The notes below the pieces were generated by a model. That model was not told where the DNA came from and searched no databases. It saw only the letters and a program-made list of their open reading frames with translations. Shown here piece after piece: positions 40,423 through 53,169 of a stretch of DNA of 64,000 nt; within the stretch, counting starts at the first letter, position 1; each line of letters begins with the position of its first letter. The position numbers were made by a program, and so were the translations under genes. Origin of the DNA: Mobula hypostoma. Its lineage: Eukaryota. The DNA lies in assembly GCF_963921235.1 (NCBI RefSeq), contig NC_086108.1:8742001-8806000 (forward strand), read 5' to 3'.

Positions 40423-42129
40423 ATATATATATATATATATTTATTGTAATTCGGTTTTTTTCTCTATTGCAATGTACTGCTGTTGTAAAGTTAACAAAGT
40501 TCACATTATGTGCTGGTGATATTAAATCTGATTCTGGTTCTATTCTGCATTCCTTTATTGTTTTTCTTTGTTCGTCAAGGCGCTGAGGTGTTGAAATGAT
40601 CCGCATGGATAGCATTCAAAGCATTTTTTCACTGTACTTCGTAGTACATTGTTGATCTCATTCCTCTCGGCCTTGTGGCGTAACTTGCCACTTCTTTAGC
40701 ATTTGTCTGTTTTTTATGAGGTGAGTTGCTAGCTCGACGCTCAACACAGCACGGTTGGAAAGTGTTCCAGGAGCCGGCCAGATTTGAACCAGGGAACACT
40801 CACCTCGAAGTCCGGTGCTGATGTCACTGCACCACCAGCTGGCTTCATGGTAAACCAAGTTACCAGGATGCCACCTCAGGGCTGTTAACAGGTGGTTAAC
40901 ATAGAACACAAATCATTACAGCACACTAAAGGACCCATGAAGTTGTGTTGGTAAGAGAGCGCAACTATTATCCAGTAGCACTCACATCTATGACAATGAA
41001 GTGCACTGAGAGCTTGGTTATAACTAGGATCGACCGCTGCCTCACAAGGACCTGTAATTTGCCTCCTATCGCCACAATAGCTCTACGGCAGATGTGATCT
41101 CACTGGCTCTCCACGTGGCCTTGGGTCACTTGGACAACACAAATACCTATGTCAAGATGCTGTTTATTGACTACAGTTCAGTGTTTAACACAATCATTCC
41201 GACAGTCCTGATCAAAAAGCTGCAGAACCTAGGCCTCTGTACCTCCCTCTGCAACTTCCTCATCAGGAGACCACCGTCAGTGCGGATTGGAAGTAATACC
41301 TCCTTCCCGCTGACAATCAACACTGTCGCACCTCAGGGATGTGTGCCTAGCCCACTGCTCTACTCTCTCCACACACATGACTGTGTGGCTAGACACAGCT
41401 CAATTGCCATCTATAAATTTGCTGATGATACAACTAATGTTGGCGGAATTTCAGATGGTGACAAGAGGGCATATTGGAGCGGGATATATAAGCTAGTTAC
41501 TAATTTAACAAGATGCTGCCTCAGCGCTGTCAGATGGTAAACACAGAATACAGAGCATTACAGCACACTACACGCCCTTTGGCCCACAAAATTGTGTAGT
41601 TGGGAGAGTACAGTCAGAGAATGTTCCAAGGAGCCCTAAACACCTGAACTACAGTACTATGCAGAAGTCATAGACACATATACAAAAGTTTGTATATAGC
41701 TAGGATTGTACTACTGTAGTTATTTTATGTATTGCACCATACTGCTACCGCCAAAAAAAAAAATCATGACATATGTGAGTGATGATAAATCTGATTCTGA
41801 CATGGGTCTCTGTGGACAGGGACTGAGAGTGGGAAAGGGGCAGGGAGAGGGGAATCATGGTTGGGAAAAGGGAAAAGGAGAGGGGAAGGAGCAGGAAGCA
41901 TTCTGTGTGTGTGCGTGCGTGCATCGAAGACTTTTGTACAGTACTGTATGATGAAGCAGTGCTCTGCTCTGAGAGGGGCCTCTTAACTGCAAGGTGTGTA
42001 GATGGACGTGTGTGATCCCTAGATCTTAGACCATAAGACACAGGATCAGAATTAGGCCATTCAGCCCACTATTCCATCATGGCTGATTTATTACCCCAGT
42101 CTCCTGCCTTCTCCCGTAAACTTTGACAT

Positions 42130-42823
42130 TAGATTAGATTAGATTATGAGGACACTCAGTCCTCGTTTATTGTCATTTAGAAATGCATGCATTAAAAAAT
42201 GATACAACGTTCCTTCAGAATGATATCACAAGAAAACATAGGACAAACCAAGACTAAAACTGACAAAACCACATAATTATAACATATAGTTACAACAGTG
42301 CAAAGCACTACCATAATTTGATAACGAGCAGACCATGGGCACGGTAAAAAGAAGTCTCAAATTCCCGATAGACTCATTATCTCATGCAGGCGGCAGAAGG
42401 GAGAAACTCTCCCTGCCATGAACCTCCAAGCACCGCCAACTTACCGACGCAGCACCATTGGAAGCACCCGACCACAGCGGACTCTATGAATCCGTCCGAA
42501 AACTTCGAGCCTCCGACCAGCCCCTCCAACACAGCCTCTCCGAGCACCATCCTCTGCCGAGCACTTCAACCCTTCCCCGGCCACCGAGCAACAAGCAAAG
42601 CCAAGGACTCTTGGCCTTCTCCTCCAGAGATTCTGGACCACACAGTAGCAGCAGCAGCGAAGCAGGCATTTCAGAAGTTTCACCAGATGATCCTCCGTGC
42701 TTTCACGTCCGTCTCCATTAAATGAGGATTGTGCACGGCACTCTACTTGACAAATAACAGACATCACCACTGGAGTGGCCGCTGCAAGCTGCGTCGCGCT
42801 GCCATCTTCGCCTCCCGCCTCCC
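42130..42823 (-). mobile_element. Non-autonomous LINE-derived element with (TCTAA)n tail; related copy ~8535-9125
   Basis: Two similar copies; 5' GGCGAAGATGGC, 3' GAGGAC...GTCCTC hairpin then AATCTAATCT. Confidence 0.65.
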
Positions 42824-45484
42824 GATCAGACATCTTGACTGATCAAGAACCTATCAATCTACACTTTAGATATACTGAACGACTGGGCCTCCAGAGTTGT
42901 CCATGGCAATTAATTCCGTGGATTCACCACCTTGTGCCTCAAGAAATTCTTCATCTTCCTTTTAGCTTGGCTAATAACAACTCAGTCATCATCATAGGTA
43001 AAATATTTAGTCATCACGTGACTATTGTGCCATCTTTCTGACCATGTGTTGGAACACTTGCTTTTTTTTCAGCCTTTGCCAATGCTTGACCAGTGAAATG
43101 AGGAGGTTTTGGAGAAGGGTCGGTGAAACCGAGTTCACTGAAAGCAAAAACAACCCCAAAGACGATGAGAAAAAATGTGCTCTTTCTGCCCACAGGAGGA
43201 AATGAGGTAAGGTTTGTTTGTGTAGGCCGGGCTGCTGGTACAGAATGTGCTGACTCGCTGGGATAATTATTTCAATCCATTCACGGAACACTATTAATTT
43301 ACTCTGTACACAAGATCAGTCCCACTGGTTCAGTGACACCCACAGCACCCTTCAACTGTTGCTACATGGGAAGGGAGGGTAATTTTAGACAACTAGAAAT
43401 GTTTTTTAACCAGTTATGTTCTGTTTCAATCACATTAAAATATTTTACATGCACCTTTACCACCCACAGGCAGAACCAAAGGCTAAAAACTGTTTTATAC
43501 ACACCATCTGGGTTTCCTGAAGAATAATGAAGTGGATCGATCCCCAGGGTCTGATGGGATCCATCACAGGTTGTTGAAATAAATTCAAAGTTAACTCATT
43601 ATTATCATTACTGCCTGTTATCCCTCTGGTGTTTAGGGCAGCAATGAAGGACCTCCATCTCTTGTGGTGTTCAGGGCTTCCTTCATTGTGTCAGTAACTT
43701 CCTCTTGGCTATCACTACTGTCAGTCATGCAAGTCCCAGGTGGAGACTCAGGAATACCATCACACTCAGATGTAGAAGGATTCTTCTTTGCTGTTTCTGT
43801 ATCAAATTTGCTTTACCAGTCAGAGCTGTTAGCCCTGATCTGAACCTGTGGACCACTGTGAGCCTATCCTCTCCCCTTTGACCTGTCTGGCATGGGATAA
43901 CTCTACCAAGAGCCAAAGCACAAGGCCCTGACTCTAGTCAACATAGCTCTCTGGGTCTCCAAACAATGTCAAGGTTGTGATCCTCTCGGAGGGAATATAT
44001 ATCAAAGTACACATAGAGTCAATGAGAAGTACAGCACAGAAAAAGGCCCTTTGGCCCATCTAGTCACAGGCCTCCAGTCAGAGAGGCAACCCTTTACTAG
44101 CACTCTTTGGTTTCTCCCATAATGACAATGTCTAATTCAATTTACTACCTCATCCTGAATGCTGAGTGACTCAACCTTCTTGACTACCCTCCCATGTGGG
44201 ACCTTGCTAAAGTCCATGTAGACATCTACTTTCCTGGTAACTTCTGGAAAAACTCTCTAAGGTTGGTTAGACACGACCTACCACACACAAACCCATGCTG
44301 GCTATCCCTAATCAGTCCATGTCCATGTGAAATTATCCACACAGGTTGAAGAGGTGGAGCGGAGTGATGATGGCGCTAAACGGCGACTCCTTTGCTTGCA
44401 TCTTTGTAATCAGCTTTATTTCTATCTTTGTTATCTCTTTTTATCCCTTTCAAACTTCTTTTAAAGACCCTGACCTGGAGTTACACTCTGAATTCGGTTC
44501 TTTGCGGAAATGGGACCCGCTGTCAGGGCCTCACGACTGGCCACTTTTCAATATGCCAAGGATGTGGCCCGGAAGACTAGCACGCCTCCAGGGTGCCAGA
44601 TTTTCATGGCTCTGGAGGTGGGCGGATTCAAGGCTGGTGCTGCTGCCGCCGCCACCCGCTAATGCATCGCGGGAGAACAAGGAAGATCGGAAGCAGCAGG
44701 CTTGTTGCTAGCTGTGTGCCCAGAGGCAGAAAAAGCAACACAACAGACTTTTAACACCATAAATCAGCAAGTTGTTTTGTTATGTCTCCCCTCTCGCTGT
44801 GAAACAGGAACAGCTCTTTTTTCCCCTATTAGGAAGAGAGAGAGAGCCTGCGGTAAATGAAATATCAGGTAAATGAGTAGTCTTTGGGTTATGCAAGTCT
44901 GTGTCTTTATTGATGCTTTGCTGCATGTTTGAGTGCTCCATGGGAGACATAGATGCTTTTTTGCCGATGGGGGTGCTTGTTGCCTTGCTGCTGCTTGTGT
45001 GTGGGAGGAGGGAGCTGGGGGGGGCTGTGGGATTCTAACATTTAACTGTCATTCATTCTTTGGGGCACTCCTCTGTTTTTGTGGATAATTGCGAAGAAAA
45101 AGAATTTCAGGGTGTACTTTCTGTGACATTAAATATATCTATTGAAACCTATTGACTGGTTTGTGACCCTGATGGTTGTGGGGTAATAACTGTTCTTGAA
45201 CCTGGTGGTGTGGGACCTAAGGCTCTTGTACCTCATCCCCACTGGTACTAGTGAAAACAGAGTCCTTTAGCCACAGGTGAGGTTCCAGAGGACTGGACAA
45301 GAGCCAACATGTTCCTTTGTTTATGAAGTGCAATAAATAAAAACAGGAAATTACACAGCGGAGAGCCTGATGTCAGTGGTAAGGAAATTATTGGAGAAGA
45401 TCCTTAGGGATAAGATTTAATCACGTCTGGAAAAACATGAACTTATTTGCGATGGTTAGCATGGCCTTGTGTGGAGAAGATCAT

Positions 45485-45842
45485 TGATTGTTATGATTGT
45501 TGGTGCCAGATGGGGTGGTTTAAGTATTTCAGAAACTGCTGCTTTCCTGGGGTTTTCACATCCAACGGTCTCTAGATGTTACAGAAAATGGTGTGAAAAA
45601 CAAAAAAGCATCCAGAGAGCAGCAGTTCTGTGGGCAAAATCACCTTATTAATGAGAGAGGTCAGCGGAGAATAGCCAGACTGGTTCAAGCTGACAGGAAG
45701 GTGACAGCAACTCAAATAACCATGTGTTACAATAGTAGTATGCAGAAGAGCATCTTTGAATGTACAACACATCAAATCTTGAAGAGGATAGGCTGCAACA
45801 GAAGAACACAGGAGGTAACTAATAAAGTGGTCATTGAGTGCA
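45485..45842 (+). mobile_element. Tc1-like transposon fragment
   Basis: IVGARWGGLSISETA, ERGQRRIARLVQADRK; terminal TAATAAAGTGGTCATTGAGTG. Confidence 0.75.
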
Positions 45843-46505
45843 TGTCTCCATATACTACCCTGAGGTTCATTTCTCACAGGTATTTACAGGAAAATAAAGA
45901 ACTGCTATATCACTTATGAAAAGCTATACCTAAGCAGGATGGCAGAGTGGAGGTACGTCTCTACCAAAGGAAACTCCCCCACCTAGCCTGCGTATCACCC
46001 TTGGGCAAGGTGTGGCAAATGCTTAGCACCACCTCCCCGATCAGGATCATGTGAAGCCATGGGATCAGATGGTAGGTGGTCATATGAGCAGCTGGTTCTT
46101 ATCACAATTCTCGTTTATGCAACCACTGACACCAGGCAGACAATCGTTGAAGAACACTGATAATGGCTGGGGACATCCGTTTTTTAAAGACACGGCAGCG
46201 AAGAAGGCAATGGCAAACCACTTCTGTAGAAAAATTTGCCAACAGTCATGATCATGGAAAGACCAGGATCGCCCACGTCATACGACACGGCACATAATGA
46301 ACAAACAAACAACAGAGGTGATTTATGAGGGTAGGGTACTGGACTTTAGTAAAGCTTTCGACAGTGTTCCTCATGGTAACCTGATTCAGAAGATAGTGGC
46401 GCAATTGGACTCAAATTTGTCTTGGCCATAACAGACAGAGGATGGTGAGGGAGAGGAGTTATTCTGATTAGAGGTCATTGACCAGAATCAGAATCTGGTT
46501 TATTA

Positions 46506-47257
46506 CACTGGACCACAAATATTTTGCTTCCTGAATACTTTTGGGTGTATCTTATTGATTTTGGGCTACTGATCATGAAAATCACCATGAAATTTCCCCA
46601 TCACGCACCTTTTTAAAAAAACCACATATTTATTATTTCAATTTATAATTGAAGTGAGAATAACTGACGCCAAGATTAAGGAAGGCGTTTTTGTGGTTCT
46701 CAAATCAAACAGGTCATCAATGACAGGCAATTCGAAGAACTTCTAGTGGGACCGGAGAAAATTGCATAGAAGGCATTCAAGGATGTTGAAAATTTTCTTG
46801 GTAACTACAGAGCACCAAACTACATGCAGCTGGTTGACAAGATGCTTCAAGCATACAAAACCATGAAGTGCAACATGTCACTAAAGATTCATTTTCTGCA
46901 TTCCCATTTAGACTTCTTCACTGCAATCTTAGCGCTGTCAGTGACAAGCATGCTGAAAGATTTCACCAGGAATTGCAGTCATGGAGAAACGGTATCAGGG
47001 CAACTGGAATCCATTAACGCTGGCTGATTATTGATGGACACATAAGCCAGAAGGCTCAGACACTGAGTACAAACGAAAATCAGCAAAACATTTTAGCTTA
47101 GTTGAACTATTGCAAAGCGAGAGAACCATTAAACATTATATTCAATAAAAGTTCATTTCTTGTTTCTCTAAACTCGTGCGTGATACAAGTAGTCAATAAT
47201 TATATTTATGTTCAGCTTCAAGTAGCCTATCATAAACAAAAAAACTGTCGTCCAGTG
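46506..47257 (+). mobile_element. Non-autonomous Chapaev3-like (CMC) DNA transposon
   Basis: TIRs CACTGGAC(C/G)ACA; 3-bp TSD TTA; transposase C-terminal remnant MSLKIHFLHSHLDFF and (frameshifted) ERFHQ...MEKRYQG. Confidence 0.8.
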
Positions 47258-47311
47258 TTATCCCTGATAAATGTCGTGAAATTTGTTGTTTTGTGGCAGC
47301 AGTGCAGAGCT

Positions 47312-47532
47312 GGGATATCCAGGGAGGGGGAGCACCTCTGGTGAAGGGCCTTATTGTGTCCATTCTAGTACAGCTCACTCAACTTTGGCCCCCACCGGTC
47401 ACTCAACTCTCACCTGTGGCTCCAAGTGGCCGTTTGCATGCGACAGTGACTTCGACAGGCGGGCTAAACCAGGTGAGGGAAGCTGGCGGGCCTCATACTA
47501 CAGTGAGATAGGGACATGCCTGACCCAGCATG
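47312..47532 (+). mobile_element. Degenerate 5' fragment of family A retroposon
   Basis: Retains CTCTCACCTGTGGCTCC and GGCTAAACCAGGTGAGGG but lacks the ACACCCCGGGCAAC segment. Confidence 0.65.
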
Positions 47533-50445
47533 GGATTCAATGTCCATTCAGAAATCTGATGCAGAGGGGAAGAAGATGTTCCTGAATCACTGAGTGTGAG
47601 TCTTCAGAATTCTGTACCTCCTTCCTTGAAGGTAACAATAAGAGGGCACGTCTTGGGTGAGACGGGGGGGGGGGGGTCCTTAATAACGGATGCTGCCTTT
47701 TTGAGGCATTGCTCCTTGAAGATGTCCTGGATACTAGAGGCGCTCATACCCATGATGGAGCTGACTAAGTTTACAACTCTCTGCAACTTACTACGATTCT
47801 GTACAGCAGCCTCCACTCCCATAACGAGACAGTGATGCAGCCAGTTAGAATGCTCTCCATGATATATCTCTAGAAATTTGTGAGTGACTTTGGGTGACAT
47901 GCCAAATCTCCTCAAATTCCTAGTGAAACATAGCCACTGTTGTGCCTTCTTTGTAGCTGCATCAAAGTGCTGGGTCCATATTAGATCCTCAGAGGTATTG
48001 ACTCCCTCACCTGGAGTGTGTTCCCTCACCTTACCCTTTCTGAAGTCCCCAATCAGTTCTTTGGTCTTACTGATGTTTGGTCTTAATGACGACGGACAAC
48101 CACCACCACAATGCAACTTCTAAGAAATTAGGATAAACTACAAAAATAAACAAATAGTGCAAAGGCAGAACATTTTTCATGGGTTCATGTACCATTCAGA
48201 AAGTTGATGGCAGAGAGGTGTTCTTAAAACATCGAGTGTGGGTCTTTGGGCTCCTGTACACCCCTGAGAAGAGCAGAGCGAGCTGCATCAGTGACTATTG
48301 TCCAGTAACACTGACATCTACTGTGATGGAGTGCTTTGAGACGTTGATCATGGGTCAAATTAACTCTGGCCTGAGCAAAGATCTGGTCCTGTTGTAACTT
48401 GCGTACCACTACAATAGGTCTACAATCTCACCGGCTCTCCACTCAGCTTTGAACTACCAGGTCAACAGGAATGCCAACTGTTTATTGATTACAGCTCAGT
48501 ATACAACACTGTCATTCCCAGAGAACTAATCAATAAGCTTCAAATCCTAGGCTTCTGTACTTCCCCCTGGAACTGGACCTTCAACTTCCTCATCAGGAGA
48601 CCACCATTAGTGCAGATCAGAAATAACATCTCCTCCTTATTGTCAATCAGTACAGGCACACCCCAAGGATGTGTGCTTAGCCCACTGCTCTTCTCTCTCT
48701 ACACCCATGGTCGTGTGGCTAGGCACAGCTCAAATGCCACCTATTAATTTGCTGATGACACAAGTGTTGTTGACATACTCTCTGATGGTGTCGAGGAGGT
48801 CGCCACCCTGGGATAAAGACTGTGCATTCACTCTCTGTGCCACTCATGGTTTAATGCCTCTGTATGATCGCTCTCTGTCCCCTACACCGCAAGAAAGTCC
48901 TAGCCTGTCCACTCTTCTCCATAACTCAGTCCCTTAAGTCCTCACAAGATTCTTGTAAATCTTTTCTGCACTCTTTCCAGTTTAATGACGTCTTTCCTAC
49001 AGCAGGTGACCACAAACTTACACAGTACTCCAAGTACAGCCTCACTGATGCCTTGTGCAACTGCAAGGTAATGACCTAAACTGACCATTGCTGGGCTAGC
49101 TATTTCAATGACTTTGTGGTTTGACTGAGATTGAAACATCGAGGCAGCAGGCAGTGTGCCCTGCTGTCGAAAGGAGGCCCTGCATCTGAGGGGCCTTCTC
49201 TTTCCCTTGATGGTGAGTGAGAATCTGCTGGTCCTCAAGTCAGGGAACTCGGACAAGCAATGCAGCAGAATGTAACATCCAAACAGTTGTTCCAGGAGTG
49301 ATCTCTTTCCCTCCCTCACCAGTTGTTCTTTTCTCTTTAAAGAGGTTCTGTGATTTTTTTTATGCTGCCTGCAGAAAGATGAACCTCAGGACTGTATACT
49401 GGACACCTACTTATATAATAAATGTACTTTGAATCCCAACTTCTACACTCAGTGCCCTGACTAAAGGCCAGCATACCAATCACCTTCTTCACCACCCTGT
49501 CCACCTGTGACACTACCTTCAGGGAACAACGTACTTGTACTCCCAGGTCCTGAGTTTAATCTGAACAAGATCCTGCAAAACAACACACACAAAATGCTGG
49601 AGGAACTCAGCAGGTCAGGCAGCATCTATGGAAATGAATAGACAGCCAAGGTTTCAGGCCGGCACTTCTTCAGGATGGAAAGGGGAGGGTGAAGATGCCA
49701 GAATAAAAAGATGGGGGAAGGGTTGGGGAAGGGGGATAGCTAGAAGGTGAAACATGAAGCCAGGTGGGTAGGAGAGATAAAGGGCTAGAGAGGAAGGAAT
49801 CTGATAGGAGAGGAGAGAGGACCAGAGGAAAAAGGGAAGGAGGAGGGGACACAGGGAAATAATAGGCAAGTGAGAAGAGCTAAGCGGCCAGAGTGAAGAA
49901 CAGAAGAGGGAGGGGGAAGAAAAAAATATTACGAGAAGGAGACATCGATATTCACGTCTCAGGTACCCAGATAGAACATGAGATGCTGCTCCTCCACTCT
50001 GATGGTGGCCTCATTTTGGCACAAGAGGAGGCCATGGACCGACCTGTCGGAATGGGAACTGGAATTAACGTGTGGTAACTGGGAAGTTCTGCTTTTGGTG
50101 GATGGAGCAGAGATGCTCAACCAAGTGGCCCCCCAGAGTTGCTGCACAAATTGATAGGGTGGTTAAGAAGGCATGTGATGTGTTGGCTTCATCAGGGGAT
50201 TGAGTACACGAGCCGTGAGGTAATGTAAAAACCCTGGTTAGACCACATTTGGAGTATTGTGTTCAGTCCTGGTCGCCTCATTATAGGAAGGATGTGGAAG
50301 CTTTCAAGAGAGAGTGCAGAGGAGATTTACCAGGATGCTGCCTGGATTAGAGAGAATATCTTATGAGGGTAGGCTGAGTGAGCTAGGGCTTTTCTCTGGA
50401 GTGAAAGACAATGAGAGGTAACTCAATACAGGTGTACAAGATGAT

Positions 50446-50535
50446 AAAGAGGACGTTGGCCAACTCGCTTTGGCAATGCGACAACAGGGAATCATAGCGC
50501 TCATTCATGTTGATGTCATTGAAATGAACCTTGCC
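50446..50535 (-). pseudogene. Retinol dehydrogenase-type SDR pseudo-exon B (truncated)
   Basis: GKVHFNDINMNERYDSLLSHCQSELANVLF; the YxxSK catalytic motif reads HCQSE; no AG acceptor (TCTGCATG|GGC); 3' side fused to a CR1 fragment. Confidence 0.8.
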
Positions 50536-50544
50536 CATGCAGAA

Positions 50545-51065
50545 TAGAAGAGAGAGGGAAGGGAATGGAGGGAGGGGGGAAGGAACAGAGGGAGAGAGGG
50601 GAAGGGAACAGAGGGAGAAAAAGCGATAGGGAACAGAGAGAGAGCGGAAGGGAACAGAGGGAGAGAGCGCGATAGGGAACGGAGGGAGACGGGGAAGGGA
50701 ATGGAGGGAGAGAGAGCAAAAGGGAACCGAGGGAAAGAGAGTGATAGAGAACAGAGGGAGAGAGAGCAGAAGGGAACAGAGGGAGAGAGAGCGGAAGGGA
50801 ACAGAGGGAGAGAAAGAGAGCGCACAGAAAGGAACAGAGGGAGAGGGAGTGGAAGGAAACAGAGAGAGAGAGTGTGGAAGGGAACAGAGGGAGAGAGAGC
50901 GGAAGGGAACAGAGAGAGAGGGAGTGGAAGGGAACAGAGAGAGAGAGAGCAGAAGGAAACAGAGAGAGAGAGCGCGGAAGGGAACAGAGGGAGAGAGAGC
51001 GGAAGGGAACAGACGGAGAGTGGGGAAGGAAAAGGAGAGAGAAAGGGGAAGGGAATGGAGGGAGA
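50545..51065. repeat. GA-rich minisatellite (~25-27-bp unit) in the SDR pseudo-intron
   Basis: GGGAACAGAGGGAGAGAGAGCGGAA-like units. Confidence 0.85.
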
Positions 51066-51427
51066 ATGGGGAGGTCAGAGGGAAGGGCTGCCGCACTCCC
51101 TCCTCACTGCACTTCCCACATTGTGGAGCTCCCTCCTCACTGCCCCACCAGCAGTGCAGCACTCCCTCCACACTGCCTCTCCCATACTGCAGAGCTCCCT
51201 CCCACAGCACGGCACTAACACGCTGATGTCCTCCTCCCTACATATCCCACCCCTACTTTCCCCCGTCACCTTTCCACCCACCTGCCACCTTACCCCACCC
51301 TCTCACTGATGCAGTTGGTCCAGCTGGCAATGTTGATGTGGCTTGGCATGCTGCCTTCGCCACACTCACTGCCCAGGCTCTCCCGACCTTACGCCACCCC
51401 TGCCCATCACAGAAACCCTCCTCTCAC

Positions 51428-51584
51428 TCGATGCACCCGGCTGGCAACGTCGCTGATGCGGCTCAGCCGCCATGTTTCAGCTGATCCAAGAGCAGGATGG
51501 TCAGCAGGATGTGGCCAAAGTGGTTAACACCGATCTGCAGTTCAAAGTTGTCCTCTGTCACCTGTCTGAGGCCAATGGGAGCCC
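51428..51584 (-). pseudogene. Retinol dehydrogenase-type SDR (RDH11-14/DHRS13-like) pseudo-exon A
   Basis: Acceptor TTCCCAG| and donor |GTGAGA; GAPIGLRQVTEDNFELQIGVNHFGHILLTILLLDQLKHG, then a 1-nt frameshift (TGA at 51463-51465) before LSRISDVASRVHR. Confidence 0.8.
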
Positions 51585-51649
51585 CTGGGAAGGAGAAAAG
51601 GAGATTGAGGGGGCGCAGAGAGACAGAGGGAGGGTTAGGTGCAGTGTGG

Positions 51650-52470
51650 TGAGAGAGAGGTGGTGAGGGGAAGAGTAAGAGCAGGGAGTGTGAAAGAGAG
51701 AGAATAAGGTGGCGAGGGGAGGAGTGTGAAAGAGAGAGGTGGCGAGGGGAGGAGTGAGAGAGTGTGAAAGAGAGAGGTGGCAAGGGGAGTGAGAGAGTGT
51801 GAAAGAGAGAGGTGGCGAGGGTAGGAGTGAGAGAGTGTGAAAGAGAGAGGAGCGAGGGGAGGAGTGAGAGAGTGTGAAAGAGAGAGGTGGCAAGGGGAGT
51901 GAGAGAGTGTGAAAGAGAGAGGTGGCGAGGGTAGGAGTGAGAGAGTGTGAAAGAGAGAGATGGCGAGGGGAGGAGTGAGGAAGTGTGAAAGAGAGAGGTG
52001 GCGAGGGGAGGAGTGAGAGAGTGTGAAAGAGAGAGGTGGCGAAGGGAGGAGTGAGAGAGTGTGAAAGAGAGAGGAGCGAGGGGAGGGGTGAGAGAGTGTG
52101 AAAGAGAGAGGTGGCGAGGGGAGGAGTGAGAGAGTGTGAAAGAGAGAGGTGGCGAAGGGAGGAGTGAGAGAGTGTGAAAGAGAGAGGAGCGAGGGGAGGA
52201 GTGAGAGAGTGTGAAAGAGAGAGGTGGCGAAGGGAGGAGTGAGAGAGTGTGAAAGAGAGAGGAGCGAGGGGAGGAGTGAGAGAGTGTGAAAGAGAGAGGT
52301 GGCGAGGGGAGGAGTGAGAGAGTGTGAAAGAGAGAGGAGCGAGGGGAGGAGTGAGAGAGTGTGAAAGAGAGAGATGGCGAGGGGAGGAGTGAGAGAGTGT
52401 GAAAGAGAGAGATGGCGAGGGGAGGAGTGAGAGAGTGTGAAAGAGAGAGGTGGCGAGGGGAGGAGTGAGA
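51650..52470. repeat. GA-rich minisatellite, 37-38-bp unit, ~20 copies
   Basis: Unit GAGAGAGTGTGAAAGAGAGAGGTGGCGAGGGGAGGAGT. Confidence 0.9.
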
Positions 52471-52569
52471 GGGCGGTGTGTGTGGGGGTAAGGGAGGAGT
52501 GTAAAGGAGGGAAGGGTGTAGGAGAGGGAGGGGTGTAGAGAGAGAGGAGTAAAAGAGAGGGGGGTGAAA

Positions 52570-53148
52570 GAGGCGGAGAGTGGAGCGTACGGGAGGACGG
52601 GGATTCTGTGCGGCCTCCGGGCAGCCGAGGGTTAAAGACGGCGCGGTCGTCAGACAGGGGGCGGATCGGATTTCGTGTTTTGTTTTCCTCGCTGGGACGG
52701 GACGTGAGAGGGAGGAGGTGGTGGTGGTGGTGGTGGTGGTGGTTTATTCGAGCTCGGAGCGTCGAGCCGATATTGGGATCAGGGAGCAGGCCTGTGGATC
52801 CGAGCGTTTAAATAACCCGAGTCCCAGGGCTTGAAGGCCTTTCCGCCGGTCCGGACCGGACCGAGGGGGGCGGGCGGTTTGTCCCACGACTCGCCGGAGC
52901 GGGCTGTGAGGAGGAGGCTGCGGGGATGGGGGAGATGGGCGGGGAGGCCGAGGACCAGGCCCCGACCCAGCAGCGCCGCGAACGGTCCCGGGACGCGGCC
53001 CGTAGCCGCCGCGGACGGGAGACCGAGGTGATGTACCAACTGGCCCAGCAGCTACCGCTGCCCCGCGGCGCCGCCTCCCACCTGGACAAAGCCTCCGTCA
53101 TGCGGGTGGCCATCAGCTACCTGCGGCTCCGGACCCTCCTCCGGTCCG
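52570..53148 (+). promoter_or_regulatory. CpG island / probable promoter and 5'UTR of the HIF-alpha gene
   Basis: Abrupt GC- and CpG-rich stretch in an otherwise CpG-poor window; GC-box-like GGGGCGG motifs near 52657 and 52866; (GGT)n run 52717-52743. Confidence 0.7.
52926..53148 (+). CDS. hif3a: HIF-alpha (HIF-3alpha-like) first coding exon, bHLH domain
   Basis: Translates [74 protein letters not shown], containing the HIF-alpha SRDAARSRR and HLDKAS motifs. Phase-1 donor G|GTAAGT at 53149. Paralog call (HIF3A) is less certain than the family call. Confidence 0.85.
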
Positions 53149-53169
53149 GTAAGTGGCAGCTTCTTTCTT

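Noticed and set aside
39743..40519. 258-aa and 142-aa ORFs repeated at 55679-56267
   Set aside because: Shared only because they overlap two copies of the same short retroposon; no recognisable domain.
50383..51309. Long ORFs (275, 202, 161 aa) over the GA-rich tract
   Set aside because: Low-complexity repeat translations; only the 30-aa SDR segment at 50446-50535 is meaningful.
52702..52706. ACGTG hypoxia-response-element core in the HIF promoter region
   Set aside because: A 5-mer in a CpG island is expected by chance; no conservation data available.
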